Assembly (NCBI GenBank): GCA_964016885.1
Contig: OZ024740.1
Span: forward strand, 63,116,001 to 63,180,000
From: Eledone cirrhosa
Taxonomy: Eukaryota
Length of the DNA stretch: 64,000 bases
Reading direction: 5' to 3'
The notes under the pieces are model-generated. The model was given only the letters and a program-made list of their open reading frames with translations, had not been told where the DNA came from and ran no database searches. The translations under genes were made by a program, and so were the position numbers. Below are positions 53,943 through 64,000 of the stretch, piece after piece (within the stretch, counting starts at the first letter, position 1; each line of letters starts with the position of its first letter).

Positions 53943-55290
53943 GTATTTAAAACTCAGTCAACTGTGTTAGACAAAGTTAGATAATTTATAGTGAAGTACT
54001 TATCATACGATACCTGAGTGTAATACAGAGTCGATAGATTACCTGACATGCGTTCGACAGTATTTTTATCATGTGTTTTTGTTTGTATAGTTCAGAATAG
54101 TGACAATCCATTACTCTAAATAGCGGCAGAGCTACAAAAGTGACGACTGTTTTGTTCATTTTCATTGCTTACTCCAAACTACACAAAGAGCCAATGAGGG
54201 GAGGAGTCTTATTTGGTCAGTCTACCCACTAGAAATAGCCACAGAATCTCTCTCAAATTATACTTTACTGTCTTTAAAAAACGGACATATCAGATGATGT
54301 GGTTCTGGGAGCACTTGTACTGTGCTTAACAAGTAGAGTGGTGGTCACATCTGGACTGATTTTGATAAAGTATTTTAGGTTAAGATTAACTGAGAGCTAA
54401 AACAACAACTTTAAACTACATAATGCGTATATATGTCATATTTGGCGAGTCGGCAGGCCCAATATAATAGAACGCAGAATATAAAGAGTTAAATATTGAG
54501 AGGCCTATAATTTGATGGTGTTCCGTTTATACTATGCTGTCCTAACCTCTATACGAAATATTTAAGCTGGTTCTGTTGTTTAACCCCAGGAAAATTCTGA
54601 TTAAATAGATCTGAATCAAATGCATTGCAGACGTGACCATCCCATCAATTTATGTGCAATATTTATTTCAGACGGTGCAGTTTTATTGAGTTTAGGCTAC
54701 TGTTTCTTGTAGGTCGAGCAGCCACGCAGATGCTCCCTTGTTTGCACATAGTATTCAAAGTATATAAGATGAAAAAATGGTAACAACGAATTTGCTTTAA
54801 CCTGATAACCTTGACAGATTTTATTTAGTTATCTCTGCAGTTCAATTTATTTTTTAATAGTATTTCATTTAAATTGAATTCTTTCTTTCGCGGTCTCTTC
54901 TATTTCTAAATATTTCACATGATCTTTAAATCTCCACTATCATACATAATAAAATATATTTATCAAGAAGAAATACAAAGAATTTTACATATGTGTTTAC
55001 ATGAGTAAATACACGAAAGAATAAATATGCACAACAATAAATATAAAGTTATTTTTTATGCAAATCAGTGTAGGAATTCAACAAAACACTCAAGAGTTTA
55101 AACTGAATACAGTTTCTATTATTGTCTGACGATGAAACATTTATTTTTATTTCTTAAGTGCAATTCGATTGATATTTACAACACCCTTCGAGGAATATCA
55201 CACACACACACACATACACACACATATATATATATATTTGTATTTATAAACAGAGAGAAAGAGAGAGGGAGATGTTTATATATACATACA

Positions 55291-55376
<86 letters not shown>

Positions 55377-55719
55377 ATTGGAAAATGCGTGAAATCCTTG
55401 GTACAGTTAGGTATATTTAAAAAAAGGAAAGAAAATGACTTCACTTGTTCTAAACAATTTAATTTAAGTTTATATTATAATTTTACAATTTGGTTTGGTA
55501 GATCTAATAAGTTCTTTGTTAACTTCGGTGTTTCTGACTAACCTTATTTTTCTCTTTGCTGTCAGCCCATTTTTATCAAAAGACATGTATCTTACACCTC
55601 ATTAACCCCCCCCCCCCACACACACACACACACACACACAACCAGACGCACACCCAAATTCATCTTTAATATAGAAAATTGTCGAAGTTATTCTTTCATA
55701 AATTTAAGTCGCAACTCCA

Positions 55720-55800
55720 GGTAGAAGGAGCAACGTGAAATAAAGTGTGTTGCTCAAGGACATTACGCGTCGCCCGGTCCAGGAATCGAACTGACAACTT
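55720..55800 (-). mobile_element. SINE fragment
   Basis: Minus-strand GTTCGATTCC box B, then ccttgagcaa.acactttatttcacgttgctcc. Confidence 0.6.
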
Positions 55801-56039
55801 CAAAGAGAAAAAGAAAGAAGAAAAAGAACGGGAAAGGGGGGATGGCAAGAGCTCTGGTGTTGCAGAAGAGAGAGGTGGGTGAGAGGGGATGTGATGAGGC
55901 TTTGGGCTTAGGGAAAGGGGGAAGGAATGCTGCGCCCCGCCGACAAGACGGCAAACACATTCCCCCGGATGATGGCCAGTGATACCGGCTGCGACAGCCA
56001 CCTAACATCGCGGGGCTCCCTCCGCAGACAGGCTATTAT

Positions 56040-56150
56040 ATTTAGCAAAGGTCGTTTATTGAAATGGAACCAGCAAGAGGGCACTTTAACAACTCCTTTC
56101 TAAAACACTTCTTAAACACCCCAACACCTCCCAACTCCACTCCCAATATG
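56040..56150 (-). mobile_element. Short CR1-like LINE 3' end
   Basis: Peptide [12 protein letters not shown] followed by a short UTR with AATAAA. Confidence 0.35.
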
Positions 56151-56184
56151 TACATACATATATATATATATATATATGTATATG

Positions 56185-56220
<36 letters not shown>

Positions 56221-56737
56221 CAAACACATACATGCATACATACATACACACAAATGCATACATATATCTGTACACCTATAGGCATGCATACATATACATA
56301 CATACACATCTACACACACACATATATATACACATCTATTCAAGTATTTAAGTTCACATATACATGGGGGAGAGGTGGAATTAGGGAAATGCTACAAGCA
56401 GTCTCTTTTCTCGCTCACACTGCTACAGTGAAGACGTGTATGTTTTCTCGTCACACTTGCCAGGACTTATGTCCGAAAAAAGTCTGTTGACTTGATATAT
56501 TTCCTCTCTTTACGTTGCTTCACTTTTCGTGTCTGTTTACGTTTTTTTTCTCTCTCTCCCCACCTTTTTTCCCAATAACTTATTTTAGTTATTGCTCGCA
56601 TATTGTCTCTAACGCGCAGAAATATCTATGATTCCTAGCAGACAACTGATGATGGATATTACTCTCTTTCGCCCGTAACTTTTTAGTTTCATTATACTTA
56701 AATGTAACCACACAGACCGCCATTATATATATATAGA

Positions 56738-56822
56738 AAAAAGTATGACCCCGACGGCAGAGCTCAAGCCATTTCGACGGCTATTTCTGCCGTTGAGCTC
56801 TGCCGTCGGGGTCCTACTTTTT
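56738..56822. repeat. Short inverted repeat (~30-bp arms), MITE-like
   Basis: aaaaaagta.gaccccgacggcagagctcaa pairs with ttgagctctgccgtcggggtcctacttttt. Confidence 0.75.
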
Positions 56823-56920
56823 CCTATTTCCCACTCTACTACCCTAAGTATTGAGTACTCTGGTGTGTTATGGTCCATCTAGTTCCTTACCACAATTCCT
56901 TTGTTATATATATATATATA

Positions 56921-58669
56921 TGTGGCCTACTCCAATGCCACGGAACACCCGCCACCCGCCTCAGGATCGAACAACGCACCATCTTCACCCTACAGACCCA
57001 CACTCCCCTCGGCCTGAACTCCCCACCCCTATTCCTTTAGCCTTCGACCGCCCTGTTCCCCCCCCCCCCCCCACACACACATATCCCCCACTAACACCAC
57101 TAACACACTCCTTCTTTTCACCGCCCACCCCCTTAGCCCACCCCACAACTAACAATAATAACAGCCCCACCCCACCCCCGACCACCCTCTCCCAACTAAC
57201 AATACTAACATCTCCACCCCTCCCCTATCACGCACACACCAACCGGTACATATATACACGCACTCACACTATCCACACACCCTACTACCACCCCTAACCC
57301 TCACCCACACATCCACTCCCACCCCCCCACAACTAATACCACTAATATCCCCCCGACCCCACGCACACGTACACACACACACACCCACACCCACTTACAC
57401 CACCCACTCTACACACCCTACCACCACTGACCCCCACTAACACACTTGCATTCAACCCTTTCCCCACCACCAGTATTCTAACACCCACTAACACCCCCTT
57501 CACCACACACACACTCATCCAAACACGCACACACACACCAGTACACTACACTCCCTCCACTGTCCCCACACCTTTCTCTCCCTCTCCCCTCTCCATCCAC
57601 ACCCCTTCACAAACACACACACACACACATCCCACTAAAACCTCTACTAATACACACCCCATCCCCCCGCATGACCCCCTCCCTACTCCACCTTTCACAC
57701 CTACCTATCCCCCCCCTGTCCACCGCACCTCCGCACACACTGACACACTGACTTTCTCCACCTGCCAACTCCTCTAATGCTGCTATGCCTTGACCCTCTG
57801 ACCACTTCTCCGCACACACAGACATACAGCTCTCTCCACCTGTCATTCTCCTCTACCCTCATCCTGCCTTGACCCTCTGACCACTTCCTGTTGCGCGCGC
57901 ACCCCACATCTCCCCTCTTCCGACTACCACAACCACGGATTACACACCATTGGCCATCGTTCCCACTATCTACTCCATCACATGGAAAATATCCGGACCA
58001 CTCTTCACACCCTCTACGGAACTACCTTAGGAACTTACCCACGGACATACACTCACAAAAATTTTTTTAGAACCACGCCACCTCCATCCACAATACGTAT
58101 AAACACCACACACATGTGCGTACCCTCACACACTCAGCCTCCGGAATCCTCTCCCCCCCCCCACACACCTATGACCCATCCCCATCAACACGCACACACA
58201 CACCGACCTACGCCCCACCCACACACACACCTTTTCCTGAACATGGAACCTCGTTCTTCCCCCAACTCTCACATTCACATACACACACACGCACACACAC
58301 ACACGTACACCTGCACACATACACCACCTTCAGCCCTCCCCGCTCGGACACCCCGCCTCCCTCTCCCCACTACACCCGCCACCACCCCTACACCCCCCAC
58401 ATCCTTCCACCACTTGTTTATCTTCATGTTTATTTTTATTTTTATTTTTTTTTTTATTTGTACCCCTTACACCGTTTTTCTTCTCCCCCTTTTTTTCTAA
58501 ATGTCTCTCCTCCACTCCCCTACCCACCTTTGGAACTCTCTTCCCACCCACTTTTCGCCTGAAGAAGGGCTTATGCCCGAAACGTCGTTCCCCACCCACC
58601 ACTCTCAAGAGCGTGAAACTAATAAACCTTTGTTCGTACTGCCTCTCTCTTTTGTTCCCGTTCCATTTT

Positions 58670-58674
<5 letters not shown>
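56921..58674 (+). mobile_element. 5'-truncated Penelope-like element: GIY-YIG C-terminus, long C/A-rich 3' region and terminal hammerhead, inserted in (TA)n
   Basis: CGLLQCHGTPATRLRIEQRTIFTLQTHTPLGLNSPPLFL* matches the PLE E..I..L.T..P.GLN ending. Hammerhead at 58559, AATAAA at 58621. Confidence 0.78.
58555..58590 (+). ncRNA. Minimal PLE-type hammerhead core
   Basis: CTGAAGA-AGGGC ttat GCCC-GAAAC-GTC; stem I pairing is weak. Confidence 0.6.
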
Positions 58675-58752
<78 letters not shown>

Positions 58753-58844
58753 AGTATATGTTGGTTATTTACCGACACCTCAATATGCAGGTTGGAGCAC
58801 TCGACAAAGTATGCAGGTTGGTTTGTTTACTCCGGAGTAATGTA

Positions 58845-59027
58845 AAATATGTAAGTCAAACATGTTAAATTTGGCTTCGTTTATTATAAATTCTCTGCTA
58901 TATATATTTCAGTGACAGCTATTATTAGCTGTGACCTCTTCAGGCAGTACGAATTTTTTACATTAATTTTCTACATAAATAGAGAATTTATAATAAACGA
59001 AGCCAAATTTAACATGTTTGACTTACT

Positions 59028-59032
<5 letters not shown>
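58845..59032. repeat. Inverted repeat (~50-bp arms) enclosing a hammerhead motif
   Basis: gtaagtcaaacatgttaaatttggcttcgtttattataaattctct pairs with agagaatttataataaacgaagccaaatttaacatgtttgacttac. Confidence 0.75.
58895..58947 (-). ncRNA. Type I minimal hammerhead ribozyme motif
   Basis: CTGC-CTGAAGA-..ACAGCTA ataa TAGCTGT..-GAAA-TATATA-TA|GCAG, followed by AATAAA. Confidence 0.65.
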
Positions 59033-59068
<36 letters not shown>

Positions 59069-59080
59069 TTTCTTAACTAC

Positions 59081-59112
<32 letters not shown>

Positions 59113-59116
<4 letters not shown>

Positions 59117-61187
59117 GATTGCATGTAACCGTTATAAACAAATCTGGCTTTCCAAACTTTCTGACAATAGCCATTGCATCCTGATAGCGAATGTTCATAT
59201 ATCTCGGGCTGCCGATGAACGACGATGGTAAAATGATGCGTCGACCAATTTGCTTGTAATTGGCATCATCAGCTGTTATCGCATCCTGTATATTATTATA
59301 CAATTCAGCTCTGATATGTTGCTGATCTGTAGCTATATAATTTAGCCTTTGATATTCGATCTTTGCGAATGCCATACAACAGTATTCCTGGAACAATCTG
59401 CTGGCTTGAAATAGTGCATTTTCTGTTGATTCCTCTCGTTCAAATGGAACGCGTAAAAGTCGCGAATCGAATTATTGAGTCTATTGCCACCTCCCTGTTG
59501 ATGCTGATTCTCATGATCATCTAAATGAACAGACATGTTCCATCCATTTTCCCCTTTTGAGAATAAAAGAACATAATGCAATGGATCGTATTCCCTATTT
59601 GACTCATTGATAGTCTTGAGACCACCATCTCTGCGATTGGGACGATATCTCTCGATCCAGGCTTATCGTCCATCAACACAGCAACTTTACGAAATCCTTC
59701 AGGGGCATTATATCGCCGTTCGTGGTGATTCCTTGGCACTGCGTCAGCCTTAATCACCAATGTTTGCTGCTGAACATTTTGCGGTTCAGCCACCAACATG
59801 AAGTCCATAACATAAGGATTACACTGTCTAAGCCATGATTGCAAATCATGGATCAAATCACTTAACCTTTGCCAACCGATCCTGATATCCTCCTCCAATT
59901 CACTATAATCTGGATCGTTAACGCAAATTTGAGCGAATAGAGGCCTCTCTCCTGGGATAACTTCTAAATTACCGATACAATGATACAAACGGCCTTGAAT
60001 GACTATATTCGGTTGCCATGCTCCACTCTCAAACATCTCACTAACTCTCTGCGATGCTAAAGTTAATGAATTGTTAATTTGCCGCGAATATTTGCGCAGT
60101 AATCTACCTCGGTCTCCTTGATCACCCCCACATACTTAGTATTTTAAACTCCGGTGATTCCTCATCATCCGACATTCGCAAGGGTTCTAGTTGAACTGCT
60201 CCTTTATGACAGCACATTGTGGTCCACGTCTTTTCGTGTCTCCAAAGCAATGCTCCACAATGTGGAGACTCTGCTTGTCTACCAATCTGAAAATTACCTT
60301 GTTGCCATGATCCATTTTTAATATCATCCGTTCGCCTTCTAGCCTCTTTACTAGAATGAGGAGCACTTTGGCGACACATTCATTCTCTGAACTTCTTATT
60401 GCGGTGGCGCTGTTCAACCAGCTCTAATCCATCGCAGCATGCCGTTGTTGCTGAATTCCGGCCATCTGCTGATGATGCTCAGCCAGTTCGTCTTCAACCA
60501 TCGCAGCACCGCCGTCGCTGCTTGGCTCCAGTGTTTCGTTGGCGTTGTTCAGCCAGCTCCTCTTCATTCATGGCAGCACGTCTTCGCCTCTGAAGTTCGG
60601 CGTTCCGATGGCGCTGTTCGGCCCGTTTTTCTTCATTCCTGGCTGCACGCCGTCGCCGCTGTAGTTCACTGTTTGATAAAGTCGAATTGCTTTTATTATC
60701 AGTATTCATTTCGGGCAATTGTCAGAAAATGACACAATAATAAATATAAAAGATGTCCGTCAATGTAAAGAAAGGTCCCTATTTACTCCCTTCACAACTC
60801 TGTGTATGTTAGACTAACAGACAGGCACACAGACAGATAAACTGCGTGGCGATTGTGGAACGCCACACACATACACGCATGGAAACGCGCACACGCACGC
60901 AAACTTACACACGCACACACTCACACATGTTGATAGTTTTTACTTTCTGTGGAACGCTGCACGCACACACACATAAACATACGCGCACGTACATACACAC
61001 GCACACATGTTAATAGTTATTGAACACAGCGTTCACACTCTCCCCTCTCACTCACTCATTGGCATTATGCATATTAATTTCAGTTTGGCGTCGTAGAGGT
61101 GGACGGAGCCGTTTGAAACTTATGAACCAATGATAATCAAGAATTATGACATACGGAATACTGACGTTCTTGAAATTTATAAATAGA
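59113..61187 (-). mobile_element. 5' part of a Helitron with a frameshifted Rep N-terminal region, truncated at (TA)n
   Basis: 5' TC terminus at 61187. Peptides PHCGALLW..CCHKG, IQGRLYHCIG, NPYV, RYNAP, HYVLLFSKGENGW, ILPSSFIGSPRYM, YQDAMAIVRKFGKPDLFITVTCN (Rep motif 1). Confidence 0.9.
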
Positions 61188-62897
61188 CTAGCTGACGTAC
61201 CCAGCTTCGTCCGGGTAAACAGATGATAAAAGAAGACAGGTAAAAGAGAAAATTACTGTATTGGATGTTTGTCTGGTTACAGTATGATGCGAGTCCGAGG
61301 TGTATGTGTGATACAAAAAACAGTAAAAGAAATCTTCCAGATATACCAGATTCTTCGTTGTACGGTTTGTGCATAGTATATGAACAATCCTAGGTGCTCC
61401 CACCTAGAATAGTGACCTCTAAGAGATGGTTCATCTTCTGCCTGGCTGTAAAACGTGTACCATTGCATAGACGTGGTTGTTCCATGTTTCTCACACATAA
61501 ACATACACATACACACGCACACATGTTAATAGTTATTGCTTTCCTCTTATTTCCACACACATCACACACACACACATGTCTCTACACTGACACATATACA
61601 TAGTGTATCCAACACAGCGTTCACTTTGCCTCTCTGTTTCTTACTCTCCCCTCTCACTCCCTCATTGGCATTATGAATATTAATTTAAGTTTGGCGTCGT
61701 TGAGGATGCTAAAGCTAATGAATTGTTAATTTGCCGCGAATATTTGCGCAGTAATCTACCTCCGTCTCTTTGATCACCCCACATACTTAGTATTTTAAAC
61801 TACGGTGACTCCTCATCATCCGGCATTCGCAAGGGTTCTAGTTGAACTGCTCTTTATGACAGCACATTGTGGTCCACGTCTTTTTGTGCCTCCAAAGCAA
61901 TGCTCCACAATGTGGACACTCTGCTCGTCCACCAATATGAAAATGACACGGTTGCCATGATCCATTTTTAATATCATCCGTTCGCCTTCTAGTCTCTTTA
62001 CTGGAATGAGGAGCACTTTGGCGACACATTCTCTGGACTTCTGTATTGCGCTGGCGCTGTTCAGCCAGCTCCTCTTCATCCATCGCAGCACCGCCATCGC
62101 TGCTTGGCTCCAGTGTTTCGTTGGCGTTGTTCAGCCAGCTCCTCTTCATTCATGGCGGCATTCTTCGCCTCTGAAGTTCGGCGTTCCGATGGCGCTGTTC
62201 GGCCCGTTTTTCTTCATTCCTGGCTGCACACCGTTGCCGCTGTAGTTCACTGTTTGATAAAGTCGAATTGCTTTTATTATCAGTATTCATTTCGAGCAAT
62301 TGCCAAAAAATGACACAATAATAAATATAAAAGATGTCCGTCAATGTAAAAAAAGGTTCCTATTCACTCCCTTCACAACTCTTTGTATGTTAGACTGACA
62401 GACAGGCACACAGACAGATAAACTGCGTGGCAATTGTGGAACGCCGCACGTACACACACATACACGCATGAAAACGCGCGCACACGTACGCAAACTTACA
62501 CACGCACCCGTGCACTTACACACACGCACACACTCACACATGCTGATAGTTTTTACTTTCTGTGGAACGCTGCACGCACGCACACACACATAAACATACG
62601 CGCACGTACATACACACGCACACACGTTAATAGTTATTGCTTTCCTTCCTCTCTTATTTCCACACACATCACACACACACACGTCTCTACACTGACACAT
62701 ATACATAGTGTATCCAACACAGCGTTCACTTTTCCTCTCTGTTTCTTACTCTCCGCTCTCACTCCCTCATTGGCATTATGCATATTATTTAAGTTTGGCA
62801 TCGTTGAGGTAGGCGGAGTCATTTGAAACCTATGAACCAATGATAATCGAGAATTATGACACACAGAATACTGACATTGTTGAAATTAATATATAGA
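61188..62897 (-). mobile_element. Non-autonomous Helitron of the same family with both termini
   Basis: Starts A|TCTATATATT at 62897 and ends acccggacgaagctgggtac hairpin plus CTAG at 61191-61188. 61706-62897 is a diverged copy of about 60054-61187, including CPHCGALLW..CCHK. Confidence 0.85.
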
Positions 62898-63364
62898 TAC
62901 ACAGAAAATGCTTTCAATTCATGCATATTTTTTAAAAATTCATATGCCTTTGTCTTACTTTCTGCAATGCATTTAACTGTTTACATCTTCTCTAGGTTAA
63001 TTTGTTCCACTTAAGTTTAATATGAAAATGTGTTACCGATTGAAAGGGAATCGAGATAATTACCACGATTTCTCAGTTAAGTGTTACGGAAAGATTACTT
63101 TTTTTTTTTTTTTGACGAATTTTATCATAATTTGTAAGTTGTTTTCTAGAAAATAAAGGATAAATGTAACCAAAAGCAGCAAATAAATTCAATAAAATCT
63201 ATATCATACTTATTGTATCCATCTTGAGTTATATTTCCTTGCTTTCTATTTGCGCCATTTACGTCCTGGCTTCAAACTGGGACGAAGTCGAATATAAGTT
63301 ACATCCTTGATAAAACTTTGTCCGATACATGACAACAAAAGATTCATAAAGAATCCTTACAGAG

Positions 63365-63500
63365 CAGGGTTTTCAACCAGGGCAATTTCGTCTGCCGGTG
63401 GGCGATTTCAACTATTGGGTGGGTGATGAGAAACGAAACAGAAGATGGTGTGCGATTGGAAATCTTGGTGCGCGATATAGGATTTTCAGAATTAAGAAGG
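63365..63500 (+). mobile_element. Possible hAT-like MITE left end
   Basis: CAGGGTTTTCAAC resembles hAT TIRs; no partner TIR was found. Confidence 0.3.
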
Positions 63501-64000
63501 TATTTCAACATATGCTACCCGAAAATCAAATAACCTATTTGCAAATAACCTCTAAAAATAAAACAGGCTAAATGTGAATAACGAACCAGTAATAAACTTT
63601 TTCCAAACATTTCTGGTATGCTTTTGAATATTGATTATACAGATGGATAGTGGACATTTTTCCATGTGAAAGTGGGCGATGACGCAAAAAGGTTTTGGAC
63701 TCCCTGCTATAGAGTGTATAAAGTAAGTAACAGTAGTTTTGGTTCTGACTAGAAAAATAGGTTAATTGCATATGTATAATATTGTGGTCTTGTATATATG
63801 TACGAAATCATGATAACAAATACGTGTCAGTTGCTTAGTTATACTTGTAAGCTGCTAGTGAGTCAATTAAATTTTGATCCATATTGAAGCCCATTCACTC
63901 CATCTGTAATGCTATTCCCTTTGAAACTAAATATGACATCCCAAAGAAGCAGCGATACATATATGAATGTATATATAGATATATATATGAATGTATATAT

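Noticed and set aside
56646-56680. CTGATGA...CCGTAAC hammerhead-like segment
   Set aside because: The GAAA core is mutated and stem II does not pair convincingly.
56851-58608. Pro/His/Thr-rich or Gly/Val-rich ORFs
   Set aside because: They are by-products of the C-rich low-complexity PLE 3' region. Only the short GLN-ending frame is meaningful.

Overview
Eukaryotic, AT- and microsatellite-rich animal DNA. The SINE and repeat content and the gene style suggest an octopus or other cephalopod, but this is inference. One host gene is present: a multi-exon, + strand rhabdomeric-type opsin. Four coding exons splice in frame (11040-11173, 14428-14506, 20819-21418, 23858-24128); the TM1 exon was not found. 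The rest is repeats: Helitrons (one complete deletion derivative and one head-to-tail pair), CRE-, R4/Dong-, Tx1- and CR1-like LINE fragments, tRNA-derived SINEs, long inverted repeats, and Penelope-like elements (PLEs) with hammerhead ribozyme motifs. The dominant feature is a ~23.5 kb array of a 19-bp repeat (GATGGCTAGAGATGTGTGT). It appears to have expanded inside the 3' region of a single minus-strand PLE, between the GIY-YIG C-terminus and the terminal hammerhead, just downstream of the opsin stop codon. All assignments come from reading motifs by eye; no database searches or folding programs were run.
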